Positions 29,948 to 38,697 of a stretch of 64,000 nucleotides of DNA are shown here, piece by piece. Position numbers and translations under genes: made by a program. Source of the stretch: Oligoflexales bacterium. GTDB lineage: Bacteria > Bdellovibrionota_B > Oligoflexia > Oligoflexales > CAIYRB01. The notes beneath the pieces were generated by a model, which saw only the letters and a program-made list of their open reading frames with translations, did no database searches and was not told the origin of the DNA. Each line of letters starts with the position of its first letter. Positions within the stretch are counted from its first letter, which is position 1. The stretch is from contig JBGSUI010000014.1 in NCBI GenBank assembly GCA_041736175.1, forward strand, positions 64,001-128,000, written 5' to 3'.

Positions 29948-31378
29948 TCAATCCGAAGGATTGCGGGGGTTAATTTCTTCCCGATCGAGAGGATGGCCGA
30001 TAAGCGGCACCTGGACGGAGCCCCCGCTGCCGACATTGGTCACTAACGATTTCGAAGTCCGGGTAAAGGCTCCGCAGGGCTGCCCCCTCAATAGAAAATA
30101 TGCATGCGAGGTATAAAGGGGCTGTCCACCCGAGAGGCAATGCTCCGGTGACTCGAACCGCTGGACAACGTAGTTTTCTGACCCGACCCGCCGAGCCCCT
30201 TCGAGTGCTTTTCTCCATTCAAGTGCGGAGATTGAACTCCCTATGACCACGCTGCGACCGCGTGTATCCAGGGATTTCTTTAGCACCCACTTATCCTTAT
30301 AGTCGGATATATTACCAAATTCCGTAGGGCTTAATTGATGCAGCATTTTCGTCACAGGAACAATTTCCTCGATCAATGACCGCTCAGACTGGTCAAGAAT
30401 GGGGCTGGCAAGCTTTGATTGCAGAAATGCGAGGGTGCTTTTATTGTCTATTAGAAAAGAGCTGCAGAACGGATTGATATAGGGTACCCCCGCTCGGATT
30501 CCCGCTAGCAGGGCCTCAATATCCGTCCGGCTCCTCGTAATCGGGCACTCAAAATCAGTGCCCGGGGTGATATCGATTTTAGCGAACAGAGCATCCACCT
30601 TCCTCCCGTTAGCTAACAGGGTGCCACCCGCAAGTTGCAGATCCTCGACAAAGGAGCGAACTACATCCAGGCCAATTTCGCCCGCCTCGCGCTCCATAAC
30701 CATTAATTCGTTGACCATCGTGTTTATCCGGCTGTTGACAATTCCCAAGGTCGGTCGTGCATGGCCACATTTTGCGCTGACAAAGTCCCTAATTCCCTTC
30801 ATAAAAAGCGGCTCACGTTGTGCAAGAAAAGGCTCCATGGCGAAAGGCACTTGGGACTTTATCTGAGCAAAAAGCTCCGTCGATGTTAATGCCTGAAAAA
30901 AGTACGGCGAAAATGACAATGCGGCAGGGGCTGCGGCGTTGAGTTCGTATATGCGCGGTGATCCAGATGGCGTTAGCGAAAAATCATAACGACACAAAAA
31001 AACGTTTGGGTCAACATTGCAATTTATACGGACGAACTCATCCATCATGGGCGGCAGCCGAAAAAAGGCTCTCACCGCCGCTGAAGCCAAATATAAAGCG
31101 GGAATTCGTTCGATTATTTTATGCAACCTGGCAAATTTACCTTCGAGATCGGTCTTAAGATTTTCACTGAAGACGAACGGAAGGTGCATCAGGGACAACG
31201 AGCGAGTCTCAAACAAGACTCCCGCCCTACTCAACGCGTCATTGATTACCCCATCCGTCCTGTCCTTTGTAATGGCATCGACGAAACCCCAGCCGAACGC
31301 ATCATCCGCTAGGTTTATCCGACCAGAGCGCCGGAGTTTCTCCAGCATTGCCGAATGGGCCAGGTTGTTAAGCATCAT
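29948..31378 (-). CDS. ATP-grasp-type amide ligase (circularly permuted / GSP synthase type)
   Basis: CRYDF...IYELNA, INPF...DNKSTLAFL, WVLKKSLDTRGRSV, YVVQRF, VTNVGSGG. Confidence 0.75.
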   Translation of the reverse strand: MMLNNLAHSAMLEKLRRSGRINLADDAFGWGFVDAITKDRTDGVINDALSRAGVLFETRSLSLMHLPFVFSENLKTDLEGKFARLHKIIERIPALYLASAAVRAFFRLPPMMDEFVRINCNVDPNVFLCRYDFSLTPSGSPRIYELNAAAPAALSFSPYFFQALTSTELFAQIKSQVPFAMEPFLAQREPLFMKGIRDFVSAKCGHARPTLGIVNSRINTMVNELMVMEREAGEIGLDVVRSFVEDLQLAGGTLLANGRKVDALFAKIDITPGTDFECPITRSRTDIEALLAGIRAGVPYINPFCSSFLIDNKSTLAFLQSKLASPILDQSERSLIEEIVPVTKMLHQLSPTEFGNISDYKDKWVLKKSLDTRGRSVVIGSSISALEWRKALEGARRVGSENYVVQRFESPEHCLSGGQPLYTSHAYFLLRGQPCGAFTRTSKSLVTNVGSGGSVQVPLIGHPLDREEINPRNPSD

Positions 31379-31887
31379 ATCCCCATAAATAAGCTAGTTT
31401 AAGTCGGCTAGTGCTGCCCTTAGAAATATCTCCACCGCCAACTGCGGCCGGTTTGAGAGTCCTTGCGCGCCGAGACTTGAGGGTGAATCCCTCGGTTTGC
31501 ATCATGCAAATTTCAAGCCATTTTATCAAAAATGCATAAACATCATTCATACTGGTCATTTAGGTGTCCACATCAAAGGCGAGCTTCGAGGACTTCTGAG
31601 TATCATCGGGGTAAAAAGTTACAAGATGATACCGGTGGCCGGCAGATTTTTATTGAGGTTTTCGACTTCAAACGGATTGAAGTCCGCACACTCCAGCCAT
31701 TCTGGCCGTCGAGGTTAGGCACCTAGTCTCTTACAACATCTAACCTATTGCTTTCACTGAGAAAACTTTAATTTCTTAATTAATTCGCGAAACCAGGACA
31801 AAGGCCGAAACGTTATACAGCTGAAAATGTTGCGCTTTCAGCCGCCGGTCCGACCTTGCCGCCGCTCCTGTTGTTGTGCTATTTTTC

Positions 31888-31958
31888 TGGTAGACACACT
31901 GGTCTCAGAAGCCAGTGCCCGTAAGGGTGTGGAGGTTCAAGTCCTCTCGCTCGCACCA
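31888..31958 (+). repeat. Truncated tRNA-Leu copy 1 (att-like)
   Basis: Matches 21391-21461 with two mismatches near its 5' end; lacks the acceptor 5' strand. Confidence 0.9.
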
Positions 31959-31996
31959 TAGAATGCCTGCCCTAAAGCCCTACCACTCACGAAGTA

Positions 31997-32569
31997 GTGA
32001 CCATGGATGCTAAGAAACTTTACACAATCGATGATCTAGTCGCTTTGCCTGAATCTCAACCAGCCGAGCTGATCGATGGTGAGCTAATTAGCTATGCGCA
32101 GCCTTCCCAGCGCCATGGCAAGGCACAACGTTCGCTCGGAAGTCTTCTCGATCCGTTTGACCGCAAGGGAGACGGCCATGGACCCGGCGGGTGGTGGATC
32201 ATTACCGAAGCAGGCGTGCGCTATTCGCCCAACACGGCTTGGCGGCACGACCTTGCTGGATGGAGACGCGCGCGTTTGCCATCACTTCTCGATGAAGAAT
32301 ATGTATCGACCATTCCGGATTGGGTGTGCGAGATCCTGTCAACGTCGAATCGCAGTAACGATCTGGTACGAAAAAAGGCGATCTTGCATCAGGCTCAGGT
32401 CCGTCATTTTTGGACGCTCGATCCTTCCGACAAGATCATCTCCGTCCATCGCTGGACGGAAGCTGGTTATGTCAACATTGCTAACTGCGAAGCTGGCGAT
32501 CGAGCCAGGCTGGAGCCCTTTGAAGAGATCGAGGTTGATATTTCTTACCTACTTGGCCTTTCTGAATGA
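31997..32569 (+). CDS. Uma2 family endonuclease (DUF820)
   Basis: ELIDGEL, GGWWIITE, DLAGWR, PDWVCEILS, HFWTLDP. Confidence 0.92.
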   Translation: MTMDAKKLYTIDDLVALPESQPAELIDGELISYAQPSQRHGKAQRSLGSLLDPFDRKGDGHGPGGWWIITEAGVRYSPNTAWRHDLAGWRRARLPSLLDEEYVSTIPDWVCEILSTSNRSNDLVRKKAILHQAQVRHFWTLDPSDKIISVHRWTEAGYVNIANCEAGDRARLEPFEEIEVDISYLLGLSE

Positions 32570-32581
32570 TTGTAACAAAAC

Positions 32582-32623
32582 GCCCGTAAGGGTGTGGAGG
32601 TTCAAGTCCTCTCGCTCGCACCA
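32582..32623 (+). repeat. Truncated tRNA-Leu copy 2 (3' 42 nt)
   Basis: Identical to 21420-21461. Confidence 0.9.
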
Positions 32624-32634
32624 CAAAAGAATCA

Positions 32635-33876
32635 TCATGGACTGCATCGGGGTATGGATCTAGGGATTTGTGCTACGGCTTTATCTGTGTTCTTAAGCAG
32701 GGCGTCTACTTCGTTTTTCGAGCAGGTCACTGCTGGTGAAGCTCTGTTTTGGCATAGATCGATTATAAGCTTTTTGAAATCCAGCGAAATGAAGTCGTTG
32801 GGCCCATAAATTCTATACTTGATTTTAGGATAGCCATTGGGACGATTGACTCCTGTGCCATCCCAAAGGATTAAGCTAGTCTCTTTGGTGAAGCCCATCT
32901 GCCATAAGTTATTGCTGATTTGAAGGCCGGAGGGTGGGCTTGCGGATGCAGTACGAGAGGGGATTTTCACCACATTTCCAATATGAATTCCCAGCTTGCT
33001 GACCACGGCAATTTCCTTCGCAGTATCGTATGGGCTCTCAATATAATGCTTCTTAAATGCAGTATTTAACTCCTGAACGCCCAACCCTAGACTTCCTATA
33101 GTCCCATCCGAAAACATGTGATCTACCTGAGAATCGCTTAATTTCAAGAGTTTTCCGTTCTCAATCTTAGGCTTTCCATAGACGTTGGCGTGTACAAGGC
33201 TGATGGGTTCACCTACTCTTAAATGAATCTGACTCAAGGTACATCCAACGATTAGGCGGTCGTGGGGTCCGGCTCCTGGTACGGGCAATAGAAATGAGCT
33301 CATTTGTAGCCGAAAAATGGCAAATCGTGTCCTTGCAATAGAAGCATGGTCTTTCGATGGTTCATCGTTATAAATCACCTCCTTAAAATCAAAAGTAGTT
33401 TTGTTATCCTCAGATTTAATCTTACCGACAAAGCGGAAGGAACGGATGAATGGCCCGTCGATGCCCGAGGGCCAGGTAGAGTTCGGGGCGAATTGTGTTT
33501 GTAAGGTCACAGTGGTTGTTACGGTCTTTGGACCTTGGTTGGGATCTTTGGTCTGAAAAACCATATCGTAGGCATTCACCGGCCAGCCTTTATCATCGGT
33601 TCGACCCTTCCATTTTAGTGATACTTCATAGAGTGGTGTAGAGCTCCCGTCTTTACAGATCCAATCCATGGTGGGGACGAAATCTTCTCGAAAGGGAGGA
33701 GATGTTGGTGTGCCAGCAGGATCGGTCTTGAGGTCACTCGACTCTGGTGAGCCTGGTTCTTTAGTGTGGCAGGCTAAAAGACTAAAGAGTAAAGTGGCGC
33801 CTCCTAATACTACGAAATTTTGATTGCGAGACTTGGTATGGGGTGTGGAACGTAGATTGTTTAAAGATTGGGCCAT
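32635..33876 (-). CDS. Unknown lipoprotein, paralog 1
   Basis: LLAC lipobox; homologous to 34875-36113. Confidence 0.75.
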   Translation of the reverse strand: MAQSLNNLRSTPHTKSRNQNFVVLGGATLLFSLLACHTKEPGSPESSDLKTDPAGTPTSPPFREDFVPTMDWICKDGSSTPLYEVSLKWKGRTDDKGWPVNAYDMVFQTKDPNQGPKTVTTTVTLQTQFAPNSTWPSGIDGPFIRSFRFVGKIKSEDNKTTFDFKEVIYNDEPSKDHASIARTRFAIFRLQMSSFLLPVPGAGPHDRLIVGCTLSQIHLRVGEPISLVHANVYGKPKIENGKLLKLSDSQVDHMFSDGTIGSLGLGVQELNTAFKKHYIESPYDTAKEIAVVSKLGIHIGNVVKIPSRTASASPPSGLQISNNLWQMGFTKETSLILWDGTGVNRPNGYPKIKYRIYGPNDFISLDFKKLIIDLCQNRASPAVTCSKNEVDALLKNTDKAVAQIPRSIPRCSP

Positions 33877-33923
33877 TTTTTAGTTCTCCAGTTATGTTTA
33901 GAATCACATTAACCATGAAACTA

Positions 33924-33939
33924 AGCAATATTCGTGCCA
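33924..33939 (-). promoter_or_regulatory. sigma54 -24/-12 promoter
   Basis: TGGCACGAATATTGCT on the minus strand upstream of paralog 1. Confidence 0.75.
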
Positions 33940-34104
33940 TCTCCGGAGACATTATTTGATAATCATGGCGAGCAGTTGCAGGTTAAGGTGACTAAATATG
34001 CTCCATATTTTAAACAGTTGATTATTTTGCAACCTATTTCCGCTGGTTTCAAAGAAAACCCCACCTTTGGTATAGGGTGGGGCATTTTCTAATTGCTCAA
34101 AATC

Positions 34105-34173
34105 CTAGGAGCGGCAGGAAGGGTGAAAGAGGAGCTCTCGGTACTTAGGGAGACTCCAGAGGTCATGGGCGAC
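34105..34173 (-). pseudogene. Duplicated 3' end of glnA (22 codons plus stop)
   Basis: Matches 36341-36409 with two synonymous differences. Confidence 0.9.
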
Positions 34174-34316
34174 CGCGCTCAATATAGATATGGTTTTATT
34201 GCCTGTAAAAAAAATATTTTTTGACAACATGCTTTAATTAATGAAATATTTGATTTTGGTTGTTTAGGCACTGGGAAAGTCGGGATAAAAAGACAATTTG
34301 ATAGAAGGGGGGTGGT

Positions 34317-34589
34317 ATGCAGATTCTGTGGGACGAGGCAAAGGCTGAAAGCAACATAAAGAAGCACGGAGTGGCATTCGAGGAAGCTGCCACCGTCCTA
34401 AGCGATCCTGGCGCTCAAACATTTATGGATGATAGTGCCAACGAAGAACGCTTTATCACTGTGGGGTTTTCAGCTTTACGGAAGCTTCTGCTCGTCGTTT
34501 GGTGTGAGCGCCATGGCGATATAATACGCATTATTTCAGCACGAAAAACAACTCCAAAAGAGAGGAAAAACTATGAAGAAGGAGTATGA
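34317..34589 (+). CDS. BrnT family toxin
   Basis: WDEAKAESNIKKHGVAFEEA, EERF, IRIISARK. Confidence 0.93.
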   Translation: MQILWDEAKAESNIKKHGVAFEEAATVLSDPGAQTFMDDSANEERFITVGFSALRKLLLVVWCERHGDIIRIISARKTTPKERKNYEEGV

Positions 34590-34839
34590 CTTAAAAAAGC
34601 TGAAGGCGGTGAAAAAAGGTGCCGTCGTGCCTAAGAAAGGAACGACGGTGGCAAAAACTGTTAAGATTGATCTAGATATTGTCACATGGTTAGTCGCCGA
34701 ATCAGATCAGCGAGGCTTGAAGTTTGAGTCGCTTATTAACTCCTTTTTAAGAGCCGCTATGACTGGCGGTGGTGCGGTCTTAACTGAAGAAAAGGTGCGG
34801 CAAATTGTTCGTGACGAATTAGAAAAGCACGCTTCTTAA
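34573..34839 (+). CDS. BrnA-like antitoxin (copy 2)
   Basis: Overlaps the brnT 3' end; MKKEYDL start. Confidence 0.85.
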   Translation: MKKEYDLKKLKAVKKGAVVPKKGTTVAKTVKIDLDIVTWLVAESDQRGLKFESLINSFLRAAMTGGGAVLTEEKVRQIVRDELEKHAS

Positions 34840-34874
34840 GATATTAACAAAACGTCCTCCCCTTCTGTCAGGCA

Positions 34875-36113
34875 TCATGGACTGCATCGGGGTATTGATC
34901 TAGGGATTTGTGTTACGGCTTTATCTGTGTTCTTAAGCAGGGCGTCTACTTCGTTTTTCGAGCAGGTCACTGCTGGTGAAGCTCTGTTTTGGCATAGATC
35001 GATGATAAGCTTTTTATACTCTAGCGAGATGAAGTCGTCGGGCCCATAAATTCTATACTTGATTTTAGGATAGTAACTGGGCCGAGAGACTTTTGGGCCG
35101 TCCCAAAGGATTAAGCTGGGCCCTTTGGTGAGGCCCTCCTTCCATAAGAAATTGCTGATTTCCAGGTCAGAGGGTGGGTTTGCGGACCTACTCTTAGAGG
35201 GTATTATCACCACATTTCCAATATAAATTCCCAGCTCGCTGACCACGGCAATTTCCTTCCCAGTATTGAATCGGTTCATAGTATAATTCTTGTTAAATGC
35301 AGTCTTTAACTCCTGAACGCCCATTCCCAGACTTCCGATAGTCCCATCCGAGAAAATGTGATCTACCTGAGAATCGCTGACTTTCAAGAGTTTTCCACTC
35401 TGAATCGTAGGCTGTCCACCGTCGTCAGCGTGGACGAGGCGGATGGGTTCACCTGCTCTTAAATGAACCTGACTCAATGCACACTGAAGAACTCGGCGGT
35501 AGCCGGCGGCTCCTGGTGTGGGCAATGGAAACGAACTCATTTCTATCTTAAAATAGGCAAATCGTCTCGTTGCAATATTCTCATGGACTTTCCACTCTTC
35601 GTGCTTATTAATGACCTCCCTCAAATCAAAAGCAGTTTCGTTTTCCTCAGATTTAATCTTACCTACAAAGCGGAAGGAACGGATCAATGGCCCGTCGGTA
35701 CCCTTGGGCCAAGTAGAGTCCGGGGTGTATTGTGTTTGTAAGGTCATGGTGGTTGTTACGGTCTTTGGACCTTGATTGGTGGGATCATTTGGCTTATAAA
35801 CCATTTCGTAGGCATTCGTCGGCTGGCCTTTATCATCGGTAAGACCCTTCCATTTTAGAAATATTTCATAGTTTGGTGTCGTAGTGTTTTTACAGGTCCA
35901 ATCCATGGTGGGGACGAAATCTTCACGAAAGGGAGGAGATGTTGGTGTGCCAGCAGGATCGGTCTTGAGGTCACTCAGCTCTGGTGACCCTGGTCCTTTA
36001 GAGTGGCACGCCAAAAGACTAAAGAGTAATGTGGCCAGCCCTAACATTACAAGATTATGTTTGCGAGATTGAGTATGGGGTATGAAAGATTGATGGTTTA
36101 AAAATTGGGTCAT
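34875..36113 (-). CDS. Unknown lipoprotein, paralog 2
   Basis: LLAC lipobox; homologous to 32635-33876. Confidence 0.75.
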   Translation of the reverse strand: MTQFLNHQSFIPHTQSRKHNLVMLGLATLLFSLLACHSKGPGSPELSDLKTDPAGTPTSPPFREDFVPTMDWTCKNTTTPNYEIFLKWKGLTDDKGQPTNAYEMVYKPNDPTNQGPKTVTTTMTLQTQYTPDSTWPKGTDGPLIRSFRFVGKIKSEENETAFDLREVINKHEEWKVHENIATRRFAYFKIEMSSFPLPTPGAAGYRRVLQCALSQVHLRAGEPIRLVHADDGGQPTIQSGKLLKVSDSQVDHIFSDGTIGSLGMGVQELKTAFNKNYTMNRFNTGKEIAVVSELGIYIGNVVIIPSKSRSANPPSDLEISNFLWKEGLTKGPSLILWDGPKVSRPSYYPKIKYRIYGPDDFISLEYKKLIIDLCQNRASPAVTCSKNEVDALLKNTDKAVTQIPRSIPRCSP

Positions 36114-36155
36114 TGTTTAGTTCTCCGGTTATATTTGTAAACTCCCTATGAACTC

Positions 36156-36171
36156 AGCAATATTCGTGCCA
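36156..36171 (-). promoter_or_regulatory. sigma54 -24/-12 promoter
   Basis: TGGCACGAATATTGCT, identical to 33924-33939. Confidence 0.75.
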
Positions 36172-36340
36172 TCTCCGAAGGAATTATTTGTTAATCTTCG
36201 CGAGTAGTTGCATTTTAGAGTGACCATAAATGCCAATATTTTAAACAGCTGATTATTTTGCAACCTATAGCCGCTGATTTCAAAAAAAAACCCACCTATG
36301 GAGTAGGGGGGCTTTTCCTAACTGCACAATGCTCAAAATC

Positions 36341-38503
36341 CTAGGAGCGGCAGGATGGGTGAAAGAGAAGCTCTCGGTACTTAGGGAGACTCCAGAGGTC
36401 ATGGGCGACGAGGGTCTCGCCGTGGTCGGCAGCTTTGCGGAGTTTGGCCGCAAGGGGCTTGCACTCCCTCACTATATGGTCCACTTTCAGCTTTTCGCTG
36501 GATAAGCCATCAATGGCTTCGATGCTTTTGCGGAGCTGATCGTTAGCTGTCAGGATCTCAGCAAAGGTCTTTTCCAACATGGCAATCCTTTGGCCTAAGG
36601 CGACTTTAAGGGATTCATCTTTAACAGGTGCGATAGCACGGTGGCTCTTGATCAATTGGTTTTCGACAGACGGGAGAACATACTCAGAGACCATCTCACA
36701 GGTGGTTTCCAGTTCGATCTCTAGTGTCTTTACATAGCGCTCCATATAGATATGGTGGCGTGCGCTGATCTCTTCTTTTGAAAGGGTTTTAGCGCCAATC
36801 AGAAACTGAGTCTTGTCCTCGTCCCCCCAGATGGCAAAAGCATCTGCTGCGGAATCAATGATGGGGAGGTTGCGTCGTTTAGCTTCGACGCGCCACTCGT
36901 GGGAGTAGTTGTTACCAGAAAACAGGATCTGATTGTTTTCGTTAATTAGATCCTTAATCAGGGTCATCACCGCTTCGTCTCGGTTGCTGGTTTTTGCAAT
37001 CAAGGCTTGGAGTCGGATCCGGCATTCGGTAAAGGCATCGCAGATAGCCGCATTCAGGATCGAAACGGGGACGGAAACATTTGCCGAAGCACCTACAGCT
37101 CTAAATTCAAATTTGTTGCCTGTAAAGGCAAACGGGCTGGTACGGTTTCGGTCAGTGTAGTCCTTGGTGACGTCGGGAATATGGCCAACGCCCAGTTCTA
37201 GGATTTGGGATTCCGTGGCCCGGGCCGCCTCGCCCTTAGCAATGGAGGCCAAGATGTTTTCCAACATAGAGCCTAGGAATATTGAGATAATCGTCGGGGG
37301 TGCTTCGTTGCCACCTAAGCGTAGGTCGTTGCCCGGGCTCATAATGGAGGCTGCAAGCATGGCGGAATGCTTGTGAACAGCGCGCACCACGATAGAAACC
37401 ATGGCTAAAAAACGGAGGTTTTGGTGGGGGGTATGCCCTGGATCCAGGAGATTTTCGCCTTTGTCGTTGGCGATGGACCAGTTGCAGTGTTTTCCGCTAC
37501 CGTTGATTGCGGCAAATGGTTTTTCGTGAAAGAGGCACAGAAATCCGTGTTTCGAGGCGACTCGCTTCATGGTCTCCATAGATAGGATGTTGTGGTCGGC
37601 AGCGATGGAGACGCTTTCAAAGATCGGTGCCATCTCAAATTGGCTGGGAGCGACTTCGTTATGGCGGGTCTTAATGGGAATCCCGAGACGGTAGAGCTCG
37701 TGTTCCAGGTCTTCCATAAAAGCCTGAACTCGGGTGGGGATTGAGCCGAAATAGTGATCTTCTAGTTTTTGGCCACGGGCTGATGGAGCCCCTAGGAGAG
37801 TCCGTCCGCAGAGGAGTAGGTCGGGGCGTTTTGAGGCCGTGTCTTTATCGATCAGGAAATATTCCTGCTCAGGCCCAAGGGTGGCATTGACGGCCTTGAC
37901 GTCTAAGTCGCCGATGAGTTTGAGAAACGCACAAGCCTCGGTGGAGATGCTTTGTACCGAGCGGAGCAGCGGGGTTTTGTTGTCCAGGGCGTGGCCATGG
38001 TAGCCAAAAAAGATACTAGGCACGCAAAGGGTTTTGGTGCCGCCGGGGAGTTCGACGATAAAAATGGGAGAGGTTGGATCCCAAGCCGTATAGCCACGGG
38101 CCTCAAAGGTTGAGCGCATGCCGCCCGAAGGGAAGCTGGAGGCGTCAGGTTCCCCTTGAACCAATTGGGAGCCTTTGAGGCGCTCAATGACTTTGAGTTC
38201 GGAATAATGACTGTGCTGGATATCGATAAATGAGTCGTGTTTTTCTGCTGTTAAACCTGTCATCGGCTGAAACCAATGGCAAAAGTGGGTCGCCCCTTTT
38301 TTAACGGCCCATTCCATGACGACCTTGGCGATCTGGTCTGCGGTGTCTTTGGAGATTTTCTTTGAATGCTCCAGGGAACGCAGCAGGTCGGCAAAGGTGT
38401 CCCGAGGGAGTCTCTCTCGCATTTGGCCGAGGCCAAAAGTTAATTCTCCGAAATATTCAGAGACAGGAAGTCGGGGACTGGATTTTGTGACGGGATGTAG
38501 CAT
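36341..38503 (-). CDS. glnA: Glutamine synthetase type III
   Basis: 720 aa; HWFQPMTG, GEPDASSFPSGG, HNEVAP, HEKPF..INGSGKH, DRNRTSPFAFTGNKFEFR. Confidence 0.96.
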   Translation of the reverse strand: MLHPVTKSSPRLPVSEYFGELTFGLGQMRERLPRDTFADLLRSLEHSKKISKDTADQIAKVVMEWAVKKGATHFCHWFQPMTGLTAEKHDSFIDIQHSHYSELKVIERLKGSQLVQGEPDASSFPSGGMRSTFEARGYTAWDPTSPIFIVELPGGTKTLCVPSIFFGYHGHALDNKTPLLRSVQSISTEACAFLKLIGDLDVKAVNATLGPEQEYFLIDKDTASKRPDLLLCGRTLLGAPSARGQKLEDHYFGSIPTRVQAFMEDLEHELYRLGIPIKTRHNEVAPSQFEMAPIFESVSIAADHNILSMETMKRVASKHGFLCLFHEKPFAAINGSGKHCNWSIANDKGENLLDPGHTPHQNLRFLAMVSIVVRAVHKHSAMLAASIMSPGNDLRLGGNEAPPTIISIFLGSMLENILASIAKGEAARATESQILELGVGHIPDVTKDYTDRNRTSPFAFTGNKFEFRAVGASANVSVPVSILNAAICDAFTECRIRLQALIAKTSNRDEAVMTLIKDLINENNQILFSGNNYSHEWRVEAKRRNLPIIDSAADAFAIWGDEDKTQFLIGAKTLSKEEISARHHIYMERYVKTLEIELETTCEMVSEYVLPSVENQLIKSHRAIAPVKDESLKVALGQRIAMLEKTFAEILTANDQLRKSIEAIDGLSSEKLKVDHIVRECKPLAAKLRKAADHGETLVAHDLWSLPKYRELLFHPSCRS

Positions 38504-38639
38504 AAAGAAGGACTCCTCTAAAGTGACAATGATGCATCATTCAGGATCAACCCAAGGACTCCTAGTCCCTTACCATAAGATCGAGGTCCTGAAAACGCTT
38601 GGTTGGTTGTCGTCGAAAAATCTTGGCTTAGGTAGCGAT

Positions 38640-38670
38640 AAAAACCCCTGCTCTCTGGGGAGAGCAGGGG
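38640..38670 (-). terminator. Rho-independent terminator of the DUF4360 gene
   Basis: CCCCTGCTCTC/GAGAGCAGGGG stem followed by a T run on the minus strand. Confidence 0.7.
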
Positions 38671-38697
38671 GTAAGCGCATTTTTTCTGGAGTTCAGG

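Larger units (their letters stand above)
21462..31958. mobile_element. Genomic island at tRNA-Leu carrying a biosynthetic cluster
   Basis: Bounded by the tRNA and its 3' duplicate at 31888-31958; no integrase present. Confidence 0.75.

Noticed and set aside
31888..31958. Second functional tRNA-Leu (likewise a second tRNA-Met at 5665-5717)
   Set aside because: The 5' acceptor strand is missing, so the cloverleaf cannot close.
21375..32623. Repeated ~42-71 bp sequence as a CRISPR array
   Set aside because: The repeats are tRNA-Leu 3' ends separated by 0.6-10 kb of genes, and there are no cas genes.
32635..36113. Diversity-generating retroelement template/variable pair
   Set aside because: No reverse transcriptase in the window, differences are not adenine-specific, and both copies are full ORFs.
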